Shown here: positions 48,001-60,232 of the stretch, piece by piece
Position numbering within the stretch: position 1 is the first letter of the stretch
How the letters are laid out: every line of letters begins with the position of its first letter
From: the human T2T-CHM13v2.0 reference genome, Homo sapiens
NCBI RefSeq assembly: GCF_009914755.1
Contig: NC_060926.1
Reading direction: 5' to 3' (one strand)
DNA length: 64,000 nt
Notes under the pieces: generated by a model
Told to the model about the DNA's origin: nothing
What the model saw: only the letters and a program-made list of their open reading frames with translations
Databases searched by the model: none
Translations under genes and position numbers: made by a program

Positions 48001-50720
48001 GTGGTCGGAGATTCGTAGCTGGATGCCGCCATCCAGAGGGCAGAGGTCCAGGTCCTGGAAGGAGCACTGCGGAGAGAGCGAGGGAGGGAGCCTGGTGAGG
48101 TGGTCCTGCCAGGAACCATGCTTTGACATCAGAGAGTAGAAAGCTCAGAGAGGAGGAAAGGGCTTGAAAGAATCCCGAGCTTCTAAAGATCATCCCTCTC
48201 TGGGCCAGGCGTGGTGGCTCATGCCTGTAATCCCAGCACTTTGGGAAGCCGAGGTGGATGAATCATTTAGGTCAGGACTTCAAAACCAGCCTGGCCAACA
48301 TGGCGAAACCCCTTCTCTACTAAAAATACAAAAATTAGCTGGGTGTGGTGGGGTGCACCTGTAATCCTAGCTATTCAGGAGACTGAGGAAGGAGAATCGC
48401 TTGAACTCAGGAGGTGGAGGATGCAGTAAGCCAAGATTGTACCACTGCACTCCAGCCTGGGCAACAGAGTGAGACTCTGTCTCATAAAACAAAACAAAAC
48501 AAAACAAAACAAAATAAAATAAAATAAAATAAAAAGATTATCCCTCTCTGAAGCTCAAGGAGGTTAAGGGTGTACTCAAGGGCACACAGCAGGTTAGAGG
48601 CAGACTCAAGACTAGAATGTGGGCTTTCTGACACCTTACAGGCTATTCTTTTAGAATAAATCCCATTTCTACTTTGTTCATCTTTTTTGTACATGCCCCA
48701 CCTACACCATACATGTATACCTTCTCTATATCTTTTTGTATCCCTAATGCTGTCACACTATGATTTGCTTTTTCATGCAGATGACCATAACATTTTCCAT
48801 TCACCTATGCTCACTCAGCAAGTATTCAATTTTTCTACACTGTTCTTTTTTTTCCTTTTTCATAACACTGTCTCATAGGCATTCTGCAAATCCTGTGAGA
48901 GTACTTTTTGTGAAATGTTACCACTTTCCTCTTATTCAGAGAAGCTCCGTATTAAGGCTTCACTGAGGTTGCCTTAAGGCATGATAATGGTTCAAAGGCT
49001 TGAAAGACAGTTAAAGAGACCTGTAAGTGCACAAAAGAAAGTTGAGCAGGAGAGAATTTCCTGCCTGGAGCAGAGCCAAGCTGCTGGAAGAGGCAATGGG
49101 GGCAAAGGCCAGGCAGACAAGCCAATGGGCTCCTCCCACAGCTGCAGCCAACAAGTTATGCCAGTCTTAAAACTTCTAAAGAAATATGTTTTTAACAAGA
49201 TTGAGGACTGGATTATGAGGCTAGGGGAGGCTATCACAAACTGGAATAAAATAAAGCCAGAGAAAAGTGGCTGCCTTCCAACCTGCACAACTGACCTAGC
49301 TAGGCTGATGGCTGGGCCACCTAGGAAGGCTACTGAGCATCATATAAAACAGAAGGGACAGCAGGAATATAACATGGCTCTTTGTAAGGATGAGTCTGAA
49401 AAATGACCATTTGCTGCCCAAATGCCCTTAGCTACAACTGAAAATATTTCAGAACTGGAGGTTGCAGGATGCTGGAATCTCAGAGATCATCCAGCTCAGC
49501 CCTTTATTTTTCAGATGAGGTCCAAAGCGGGTAAAATGACTTGTCAAGGTCAAACAGCAAGTGAATGGTTTTCTTTCAAGTCTCAATTCATCTTTTTGTT
49601 TATATCATCTATGTCTTGTTGTTATAAGCTTCACCCCAGGTAGCAAAAAACTATTCTACTCAAAAGGGGTAGACATATGTTAGTTCTCAAGATCATCTCT
49701 TGGTTTCAGAGTTTAACTCAAGTGATTGGCATAGGCTGAATCCATCTCTTAAAAGGATAATCAAATTTATGTTGAAGACTTGGTTGTCTTCCTACTATGA
49801 AATGGGAAACATTATCACTACTCCTCCCCTGTCACCACCAAGTGTGGCCACCACCACCAACGTTAGTGAGTGACTGTGGTGATATGATGACCAAGTGGCC
49901 AGGTCAGCAAGTGGTGCAGCCTGTGTCTCACTGGAAGAGGTTAAAGTCTTTCTAAAACAAAATACCATGGCATCAAAGTGGCCCAGAACTCCCTTCTTTG
50001 AGCTTTCCCTGTGTTAGAGCCCTTCCTTGGGTTGGGAGTTAAACCCATAGTCTTACCTTCATCTGTTTAGGGCCATCAGCTTCAAAGAACAAGTCATCCT
50101 CATTGCCACTGTAATAAAAACAGGGACATGTCTCAATTATGTCTTCTAAACAGGTTTATTTTTCCTTCCCTGTGTACAAGACTTGACTGTTCATAAGAAA
50201 CTGCAAACAGCCTGCCTCTCAAAGCTGCCTGAAACACCTGGCAAGTTTCACAGTGATATGCGCAGAACAGTCCAGAAGGCAGATTCTAGGCCTGGCAGGT
50301 GGGCACCCTGGGTGCTCCCTGTTGGATCTTGAGGCCTAACCTCTAGCCCAGCAGAGTCAGCTAAAATCTGAGCTCTCCCTCTCCCTCCAAGCCACACTTT
50401 GCAAAGGGATTCCTTGTATTGTGGGCTTGGAATCTTTTCTCCCCATTTGCCTCTGCAGGAAGCCCTTGCAACAACACATCTGGATAGCCTCCAGGTCCCA
50501 AGGCTGGAGGGACTTGTAATGGGAAAGTAGTCTTTAAATCAGATTTACTTGGCACCCTGTTTGCCACTGAAAGAGGCAATTTAGGGGAAAAATCTGGTCT
50601 CCAAGCACAGATAACACTCTACTCTTGAAAGAGGAGACCTGCTCATGTTACTGGTCTCAGCGTCTCCACTGACCTGTAATAAGCCATCATTTCACTGGCG
50701 AGCTCAGGTACTTCTGCCAT
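44852..50720 (-). CDS. IL1B: Interleukin-1 beta precursor, 269 aa; spliced CDS join(50720-50674,50108-50057,48066-47865,47317-47153,45913-45783,45064-44852)
   Basis: Six coding exons with GT-AG boundaries sum to 47+52+202+165+131+213=810 nt; translation [33 protein letters not shown]...[12 protein letters not shown]...DFTMQFVSS* matches human pro-IL-1beta as I know it, no frameshift or premature stop. Confidence 0.99.
45783..45913 (-). CDS. IL1B: IL1B exon 6
   Basis: [43 protein letters not shown]; CTTCAG acceptor, GTAAGT donor. Confidence 0.98.
47153..47317 (-). CDS. IL1B: IL1B exon 5 with caspase-1 site D116/A117 (codons 47273-47271 / 47270-47268)
   Basis: [54 protein letters not shown]; TTTCAG acceptor, GTAAAT donor. 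Confidence 0.98.
47865..48066 (-). CDS. IL1B: IL1B exon 4
   Basis: [67 protein letters not shown] in ORF 47857-48129; CCGCAG acceptor, GTAGTT donor. Confidence 0.98.
48203..48532 (+). mobile_element. AluS in IL1B intron 3 (antisense to gene), (AAAAC)n(AAAAT)n tail
   Basis: TSD AAAGAT(C/T)ATCCCTCTCTG 48185-48202 and 48533-48550. Confidence 0.92.
50057..50108 (-). CDS. IL1B: IL1B exon 3
   Basis: TTATTACAG acceptor, [23 protein letters not shown] donor. Confidence 0.98.
50674..50720 (-). CDS. IL1B: IL1B exon 2 coding part (whole exon 50674-50735), start codon
   Basis: TTTTTACACAG acceptor, GCAGCCATGG strong Kozak, [21 protein letters not shown] donor. Confidence 0.98.
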
Positions 50721-51057
50721 GGCTGCTTCAGACACCTGTGTAAAAAGGAGAAAATGAGTGACTTCCCCATGACGGCTACGTTCATGTGTGATTTCTCTCA
50801 GCATCCAGTGCATGGCAGTCATGCAAAGAAATGATCTCTGAGTAAATGAATGAATGTGTGAAAGAGAAGTCCTTTGGGTCTAGAGAAAAGCATTTGCTAA
50901 ACCAAACCCCAACTAGCAATGTATTGGCTAGGAGAGCTGGAGCAGAGGCTTTGACACTAACCTTTAGGGTGTCAGCTGTTAGATAAGCAGTATCCATTCC
51001 CAGAATATTTCCCGAGTCATAAGCATTATATTACACCTGGCATTTTTGCAAAAAGCT

Positions 51058-51158
51058 GAGAGAGGGAGGCAGAGAGGGAAGGAGAGGGAGAGACAGAGAA
51101 AGAAAGAGAGAGAGAGAGAGAATATGCATACACACAAAGAGGCAGAGAGACAGAGAGA
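51058..51158. repeat. GA-rich low-complexity repeat in IL1B intron 1
   Basis: Direct reading. Confidence 0.85.
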
Positions 51159-51198
51159 CTCCCTTAGCACCTAGTTGTAAGGAAGATTAAAGTCATAC

Positions 51199-51270
51199 TT
51201 GAGCAATGAAGATTGGCTGAAGAGAATCCCAGAGCAGCCTGTTGTGCCTTGTGCCTCGAAGAGGTTTGGT
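51199..51270 (-). other. IL1B: IL1B exon 1 (non-coding, 72 nt)
   Basis: Minus strand ACCAAACCTCTTCGAGGCAC...TTGCTCAA followed by GTATGA donor; starts 31 nt after the first T of TATAAAAA. Confidence 0.93.
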
Positions 51271-51293
51271 ATCTGCCAGTTTCTCCCTCGCTG

Positions 51294-51301
51294 TTTTTAT
51301 A
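51294..51301 (-). promoter_or_regulatory. IL1B TATA box (TATAAAAA, -31T allele)
   Basis: Minus strand GAAAGCTATAAAAACAGCG; first T is 31 nt upstream of TSS 51270. Confidence 0.95.
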
Positions 51302-51386
51302 GCTTTCAAAAGCAGAAGTAGGAGGCTGAGAAATTTCTCTGTTGAATACCTGATTTCACAATCAAGTTAAAGGAAAGGGGAAAAGA
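51302..51386 (-). promoter_or_regulatory. IL1B proximal promoter PU.1 (Spi-1) and C/EBP sites
   Basis: AAAAGCAGAAGTA at 51308-51320 (about -38 to -50), C/EBP TTGTGAAAT (minus) at 51353-51361, purine box AAAGGAAAGGGGAAAAG at ~51369-51386; positions fit the described promoter architecture. Confidence 0.85.
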
Positions 51387-51556
51387 GTATTGGTGGAAGC
51401 TTCTTAGGGGAGGGGACTAATAAACTGAGATAATTCTCTGGTTCATGGAAGGGCAAGGAGTAGCAAACTATGACACATTTTGCAAATGTATCACCATGCA
51501 AATATGCATTGTTTTCCTGACAATCGTTGTGCAGTTGATGTCCACATTAAAATACT

Positions 51557-51570
51557 GGATTTTCCCACGT
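51557..51570 (-). promoter_or_regulatory. NF-kB site at about -290 with abutting ACGTG (HRE-core)
   Basis: Minus strand ACGTGGGAAAATCC; GGGAAAATCC at 51557-51566. Confidence 0.88.
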
Positions 51571-52158
51571 TAGAAGAATGTTTAAATTTAGTATATGTGG
51601 GACAAAGTGGAAGACACACAGATTTATACATGCACATACTTTTCTTCATTCACTTCTTTGTACTTAAGTTTAGGAATCTTCCCACTTACAGATGGATAAA
51701 TGGGTACAATGAAGGGCCAATAGCCCTCCCTGTCTGTATTGAGGGTGTGGGTCTCTACCTTGGGTGCTGTTCTCTGCCTCGGGAGCTCTCTGTCAATTGC
51801 AGGAGCCTCTGAGGAGAAAATTGACCTTTCTTGGCTGGGGCAGAGAACATACGGTATGCAGGGTTCAGGCTCCTGACGGAGTTGGGGCAACCCTGGAGAT
51901 AAGCTCACACAACCCTGCAAGACCAGGTGCTGTTACCCTAGCCAATCTCATGGATGAACCAGATCAATGCCAGATGAGCTCTGCCTAAAATGATTTTTTG
52001 GTGAACTCTGAAAAGTGGAATATTGTTTCTGTAAGAATATCCATCTGAGACTCTATCTCTTGGTAATACCAAGAGTTATCAGTTTCTCTTTAACCGAGAC
52101 ACCAGCAAAGTGCCTGCTCCAGGGTACTGCCCAGGGGAGCCCTCCATTTGTAGAATGA

Positions 52159-52534
<376 letters not shown>

Positions 52535-53147
52535 TGTAACACTTCTTATAGCACTGAGTTGAAACCTTGCTCCTCCTGGTTCCTCCAGGAAACTGAAATC
52601 TTTTTGAGCCAAGTCTAGCACAGTGCCTGGCATGTACATTCAGGTGGTAGAGTTTGCTGCTTGAATGGGTGAATGGGAATTTGACAGCATTTTTATTCAA
52701 ATTAGTATGTGCCAGGTATCGTGCTCGCTCTGCATTATCCAAGGGAGTGAGCCTCTGTGCAAGTATTTGAGACACGAGGGAAATAGGTTCTACTGTGGGA
52801 AAAAGAGCATTTCATGGACTTGCTCTCCAAGCAGCCTTCTGATTTTTAATTTGGCTCCCAGTATCTTGATATCAGGAGTCAGTCACAAGAACTCCATCTT
52901 TAGTAAGTTATATTTTCCACAGGAAATCTAAAAGCTGTTCAACATGTTAGTTTCCTGTGAATTTGATAAGCCATAATCCATTCCTAACACTGAGCCCTCC
53001 TGAAATTTGGTGTCTGGTCCTGCAGATAGCTAAAAGCCCTGTCTGGGTGGCCTAGGGGACTCCTCTGTTTTGCCTCCACAGGATCCACTTTGCAAATTAA
53101 CCACTGGTTCTCCCGTTGTAGGAACTGCCACCTTCCTCAGAGCCTGT

Positions 53148-53212
53148 CTTTCTTCCTTCCTTCCTTCCTTCCTCTTTCTTTTTCTTTCTCTCTCTCTTTC
53201 TTTCTTTTCTTT

Positions 53213-53254
<42 letters not shown>

Positions 53255-53441
53255 TTTCTTTCTCTTTCTCTCTTTCTCTCTTTCTCTTTCTTTCTTTCTC
53301 TCTCCCTCCCTCCCTCTCTCTCTTTCTTTCTTTTTCTTTCTTTTCTCTTTTCTTTCTCTCTTTCTTTCTCCCTCCCTCTCTCTCTTTTTCTTTGTCTCTC
53401 CCTCCCTTCTCTCTCTCTTTCTCTTTCTCTCTCTCTCTCTC
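53148..53441. repeat. Compound (CCTT)n/(TTTC)n/(TC)n polypyrimidine tract followed by an Alu fragment (~53443-53525)
   Basis: Direct reading. Confidence 0.97.
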
Positions 53442-53997
53442 CTAGACAGGATCTACCTTTATCCCCCAGGCTGGAGTGCAGTGGTACAATCATGCATTCA
53501 TTGCATGATCACAGCAGCCTCAAACCCTTCCTCAGAGTCTTTATGCGGCAACCAGCAGGGTCTGGAGGGTTGGTGGCTCTGTGAACTCTCCTGACAGAAC
53601 ACAGAGATGTCTTTGGTCTGTTGATGTGATTACAAGCTGAACGAAGGAGGATCAAAGCCAGTGACAGGAAGGGAGATATGCAAGGGACCCGAGCATCAGC
53701 TCTGAGTTAGTCCATTCTGCTTCTGGGACTTGGGATACAGGTCAGAAACCTTGAGCTTCTACTTCTCCATCTTCCAATTGTAGCATCCAGGACCTCAGAA
53801 TCTGCCAGCTAAGAGGAGCCCTAATGATTGTCTGGTGGGATATGGTGGGACCACAGAGATGAAGACATGAATAGCTATTTGAATGTGAACAGCAGACGAA
53901 GAAATCAAGGCTAGGAGGGTGGAAGTGACTCATCCAATAGCACAGTGTGGTTGAAGCAGCACTAGTATCCAGGTTGCATGAGCCCCTGATGCTTTCG

Positions 53998-54410
53998 CTC
54001 GAGGGAAATTTTGGAGCCATGGGGCAATGCCCCCTGACGTAACAGTCTCCACAGTTCTGCCATGTCTCATCCTGGCCCTGTAACCTGGACCCAAATCTGC
54101 TACCATCCCATCCATCTCAGGAAGTGAAACCTCTTATGTCAAATAGGTTGTGCAACGTATGTATCAGATCCTGTCTTCCCAAGGAGACCGCTCAGGCCAC
54201 AGCACTTCCTTCCGATCCCCAATGAGCAGAAAATATCTCGCTATAAACATAGTTGGCACTAAGGGAGGGAGTGGAAGAGTGATGATGATGTAGATGGTGA
54301 TGTAGCCCCAAGGAAGTGGAACAAGCAGAGATGGGGAGCTGGAAATGCCAGGATGCTCCAGCTTTTGGGGAATTATTCAGCTCTTGAGTCACTAAAGCCT
54401 TTCTCAGCTG
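53998..54410 (-). promoter_or_regulatory. IL1B upstream inducible sequence (LPS/PMA enhancer, about -2.73 to -3.14 kb)
   Basis: Bounded by CTCGAG 53998 and CAGCTG 54405; CRE-C/EBP TGACGTAA 54035-54042, kB-like GGGGCAATGCCCC 54021-54033, GAS-like TCTCAGGAA 54115-54123 overlapping Ets-IRF GGAAGTGAAAC 54120-54130 (LILRE). Confidence 0.85.
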
Positions 54411-55292
54411 CAAGTTCCTCTTTACCCTGTCAGGTCATTCTTCCAAGACAGGAGACTGACATTTATTCAAAGCAGCAAGTGCCCTGATACCATCTTGTGT
54501 CTAATCATGGGCTTCGCAGCCAGTTATCAAGGTTGATCTCATCTCATTGGTCTTCAATCATTTTGAACAAGAAGACAAGCAAAATAATCATGGGTTAGTT
54601 CTTATATTATTGTGTGTACATGCAGTGATGTCTGTTCTTTGTAGTGAGCTGTTCCTTCCTTGTTCACCCTCTTGCTTAGAACAGAACTAAGCAATCTGCC
54701 CCCAACATTTTCCCCAATTTCCCATCTCATTCTTGGCACTGGCTTCCTAATATTTGTTCTTATGAGTCATTTTCTTGTATCATTTCCATGAGTCCCTCTG
54801 GGATCTTAAAGTATGAAAAATGTTGTGTGTACCCACACCTGTCTTTGTGGATATTTCTCTCCTTTCCCTTCTGCTTCTGGGATTATTTGGGAATGGGCAC
54901 TATGATTTTTATCATATCGCTTCCACTTCCTTTATGGCATCATCTCCAATGGGCTTCTTCTCCCTCTTGGATCCAGGTTCTCAGATTGGGGACATGCAGA
55001 GTCCAAGGAACATTCCATTCTCCTCCCTGGTCTAGAACAAGGAGGGCTTAGATATATGAGCAGGTGGCTGGGGCTGGCGAGCTATGTAGTCTCCAATGGC
55101 TTTTCCCTGATGTCGGAGTTGTTATGTCAGTTCTGGGAGACCAATAAGACCTTGTCCTTCCTTTGGATCCATCAGAAAAAGCCCCTGGGTGGGTAAGATG
55201 GATGGCAGGGCTCTCCTACTCTATGTCTTTTCTCACACCTAGTGGGTATAAGAGAGGGGACCACAAACAGAGGGGGCTCTGGTACCACTTAT

Positions 55293-55412
55293 CCAGGGTC
55301 TGGAAACATTTTCTGTAAAGGGCCAGATAATAAATGTTTCAGGTACAACTACTCAACCTTGCATCATTTCAGAAAAGCAGTCAGATAATACATAAATGAA
55401 TGGGTGTGGCTG
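55293..55412. mobile_element. MER58-type fragment
   Basis: aaacattttctgtaaagggccagataataaat...aatgaatgggtgtggctg. Confidence 0.6.
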
Positions 55413-58279
55413 GACTTGTCCTGCGGTCCCCTGTCTTATATCATTGTATTATATCATTTTTTCTTACATACAAATTTAGAAGCAATACTTAAAAAAAAAA
55501 AGCCGTCCTTTATTGAGCACCTACTAAGTGCCAGGTACCTTTTTTTCCCTCATTATCTTATTAACTCTTCATAATAACCTTTAAAGTAGATAATATTGAA
55601 CCATTTGACCTATGCAGAAACTGAGGTTGAGACAATAAATTATTTAAGACCGCACAAACAGTAAATGCTGGAACTACGACTCAAATATGGGTTAACTGAA
55701 CCAAAACCAGATCTTTATTTCTCACTTTTAATTGTTACATATGTTTATTGCCTCATCTCCTGTCCACATGGTGCCCATCGGCAGACTCCTTTCTCATTCT
55801 CAGTGATTGAGTGACATTCTAAACTACATTGGCCTGGCAGATTCACCTCTGTCCCCTAAATGTTTCCACATTGTCCTTTTAGGATTGAGATCCTCTCTGT
55901 TCCCTTGTCTTCCCTCCTTTCTTCTTCTGGCGGTGACGTGCTGTGTGAATTTGTTTCTTTCTCCTCTCAGGGTAGTACTGGGACTTTCCAAATCAGGGTT
56001 TTTAGTGATCTCTCTTCCCTTTTCTGAGTTTCTTCCTTATTCCCATTCACTTTCTCATCTATAAGTGGCAGCTTTGTTGCTGGAGGATTTCCTTTGTCCT
56101 TTTATTCTTCTTTAAGACTTTGTCATAACTGTCAAAAGCAATCCCTTGAAGGTATCTGTCCTTGGAATTGTGTGCTTATGATGCTGAAAAATACTTCTCT
56201 TCTAAAAGCTATGATAAAATGCTTCTCTCCCAAAATGTCTGTCGTTGCTGTATTCTACTCTCTGGTTATTACACAATCAAAGATGATTTGGTCATTTCCT
56301 TCCAGGACTTTGTTAATTTCACTTCTTCAGCTGCTTCCCCCTTGTTGGCTGGAACTGAGTTTTCTATCTTCTGGGAGAAGTCCTCAGCAAGGCCACTCAG
56401 GATTTGTTGGGTGCATTTTGTCAAGTCTAGGACCCAGGCTCTGGGTGACTGATTTCCTCTAATTACCGAGCAATGTAAAATGAGGAAGTCTGATTGTGTA
56501 AAGGTGTTAAACTTTTGTGTGACGGCAAAACTTTAATACCATGAATAGAGATTCCAGAATTTTCCAACTTCTAACGGGATTCCTTTCACTCCCTGACATT
56601 AGAATGTTAGAAAATCTACCACAAAACATCTGTGAGGCTATCCTACAAGGCCCGTTTTTCAAAATAGGTTTTTACAAGGATTGCTATTTGGGATGATAGT
56701 TTCAGAAAGGCGCTATCAAAGTTAATTGATGATGTGTGCAAGCTGAAAGTTATATGTTAGAACTAGCAGTGATTTCAAAAATATCCCTTTTAGGCTTTTT
56801 GCTAATATATCTGCTCATTTTCAAAGTTCCAAATATTATAAAAGTATTTAAAGCAAAAAGAAGAAGCCCTCCATTTCTGCTGGCCCACTTCCCTGTCTCA
56901 ACTAGAAAGTATTTTCCCAGGCAATGCTATCCCAGGACTCACACTCCATCCATCCATCACCTACCATAAGTTCTTTGAAGGGCTCATTCTGAGCGCTTCC
57001 TGAGTGCCTGGGATCTGTTATTTCTCTCCATTTCTGCTGCTGCATGGTAGTCCAAGTCCTCCTCCCTTTTCCCCTAGGCCATTTGAATCATCTGCTAATT
57101 GGTTTTCCTGATTGCCACGGAAACTTCCTCCATCCCTTCCTCACATATCAGCCACAGAAGTATCTCCAAAAAGCAAATCTGGTGACATGAAGCCCTTGCA
57201 CAAAACCCATTCATTACTGGTTCCACACCTCCTTTGTGGATAAGTTCAAGCTCCTGAGTGTGGCAAGCAGGGCCCACCTGGAATCCCCTGCCCTCCTCTC
57301 CTATCCCACGCATCAATCTTTCCTGTCTATTTGCAGTTCCTTGAATGTGATATTCTTTCTAGTCTCTGTGCTTTTGCATAACCTGTTCTTCCTGACTGGA
57401 AACTCCTTCTCCTCCTTGTAGTTTGGCTAATTTCTAGTCTTTCAAGACTCAGCTCATGCTTCACCCCCTCTATAACAAGTCCTTTCCCAAGCTGGGTGGT
57501 GGATGCTCCTCTGTGCTGTGTGAGTCTTGAACATCCTCAGCAAACCTCAGCTTTGTTTGCTTGTCTCCCTTGCTGTCAATGCACCTGATTCAGGGCTGGC
57601 ATATACTGTTCACCTCCATGACTGGCTCATGGTGGTGCTCCGTGAATATCATCCACCCAAACGGATGAGAGCTACCATGCCATCACTTGTGACTTCCATC
57701 TGGAGCTAACCTCCCCCGACAGGAAAGCGTTTCCTTAGGAAAGAATATCTTTGGGTTAAATAGAAGTAGAGACTCACCAGAAGCACTATGTCCAGCTCAG
57801 AATGAACTGCTCAGTAAGCAGCCTTGTCAATGAGGAGGCAGCAGGCCAGCCCCAGAGGCCTCAAAGTGGGAGAGTAGAGAAGCGCAGTTCCTGCCACAAA
57901 GGCACAGTGGACACCTTGCTCCCCTGGCTGGCTGGAAGCAGATGGTGTCCACCTGCTTCCATGGGAATTCTGCACCTTTAATAAAGTTTTATGGGACAGG
58001 AAGGTGACTGGCATTGACATTGTAACGAGGAATGGGTGGTGCCACCTTTGCTGTGTCTTACCAGAAATACCTGTGGCAGGTAAATTTCTAGAGAGACCCT
58101 CCCATTTCTCCCATATAGCAATTTTGAAATGTTTCCTGAGGGCTTTCCAAATTCATCTGGGAACATAGGAGTTCCAGAAAGATGAAATCAAAGGTGATGG
58201 TATGCCAAAGAAAGTAGCTTTTAGAATGACTTACATTAGCCATTCATCCATTCAGCACACCAGGCATTCAGTTTGAGGG

Positions 58280-58340
58280 GTGTGTGTGTGTGTGTGCGCG
58301 CGCGCGTGCGTGCATGAGTGCATGCGCGCGCGTGTACATA
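58280..58340. repeat. (TG)n(CG)n alternating purine-pyrimidine tract
   Basis: Direct reading; one interruption at 58317. Confidence 0.95.
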
Positions 58341-58639
58341 GGGGAAGGGAAACAAAACAAAAGTACACAAGACATGATAGTTGTCCTCAAGGAGTTTTTG
58401 CAAATGTTCACAATTTAAGAGAATATGCTGTGCTGTGGCTGGTGTATAAACCAACTGCTAGGGAGAGGCCTTCCACACACACTTGGGGCAAATGCGACCT
58501 CTAGGACTGCCAGTGGAATCTGGGCATGCTGTTTGTGGTCGATAAACCCTGGTCCCTTGATCAGGGACCTATGTTTACTTTTCCTCTCCCTGGAAGTCTT
58601 CATTAGTGGGCATCCAGAAGGTCTTGCACAGGGCAGAGG

Positions 58640-58990
58640 GAGGCACAAAGACAAGAGTTTGAAACCAGCCTGGACAACAAAATGAGTTTCTATCTTTACA
58701 AAAAAAATTTTTAAAAAATTAGCCAGGTAGGATTGCATGTGCCTGTAGTCCCAGCTATTCAGGAAGCTGAGGCAGGAGGATTCCCTGAGACCAGGAATTT
58801 TGAGGCTGCAGTGAGCTATTAAGTTGGCGCAAAAGTAATCGTGGTTTTTATCATTAAAAGTAATGGCAAAACTTTTAATGACAAAAACCGTGATTACTTT
58901 TGCACCAATCTAATATGATTGCACGACTGCACTGTGCTCCAGCCTGGGCAACAGAGTGGGACCCTGTCACAAAATAATAAATAAATAAAA
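58640..58990 (+). mobile_element. 5'-truncated AluJ carrying a MADE1 insertion
   Basis: gagtttgaaaccagcctgg...gcagtgagcta [MADE1] tgattgcacgactgcac. Confidence 0.82.
58819..58913. mobile_element. MADE1 (Hsmar1-derived MITE)
   Basis: TTAAGTTGGCGCAAAAGTAATC...GATTACTTTTGCACCAATCTAA inverted repeats with TA duplication 58817-58818 and 58914-58915. Confidence 0.92.
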
Positions 58991-59525
58991 TGTAAACATG
59001 TAAAAAAAACCCCAAAAACAAAAAAAATGGGTGTTGAGACCCCTGAATTGAGGAATAATAGGAAGGAGTGTGATTCTGTGTGTGCATGCATGGGTGTGCA
59101 CCCTCAGTGCCTGGGTGGCTTACCCTGGGCTAGTTCAGGTGGCAAATGGTTTTCCTCCAGCTGGGCTACCACCATCTTCCCCCAGGGCCTGTCCATGTAT
59201 TTGGTGGCAAGATACCTATGGACTAGAGTCCCTCCTCAGAGGAAAGGCTCCTCCCATTTCTCTGGCTTTCAGGTAGTAGTCCATGACTTCAACAGGTCCC
59301 CACTGCAATGTTATGGGTTAGTTTAGGTGGGGTCTCCTCTGAGAGCCTCCCATAGCCCAAAAGGCCCTGTCCTAGCTGGCACTGCATCTCCCTCTTCCCA
59401 GCTCTCAGCCTTTCTCTTTGCTCATCCCACTCCGCACAGGCTTTCTGCCTGATCCTTGGATGTGTCAATCCTGCCCCTAAGGGATGCAAGGCAATTTGTC
59501 CTTTTATTATTAAGATCTCTCCTGA

Positions 59526-60232
<707 letters not shown>

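Noticed and set aside
49179-49205. KKYVFNKIE in a plus-strand intron 3 ORF resembles IL-1beta KRFVFNKIE (20/27 nt)
   Set aside because: Similarity does not extend either side; a rough estimate gives an order-one chance of some 6-residue match to a 269-aa protein across six frames of 64 kb, so treated as coincidence rather than an inverted exon duplication
53070-53594. 174-aa, 164-aa and 118-aa low-complexity ORFs
   Set aside because: Same microsatellite artefact
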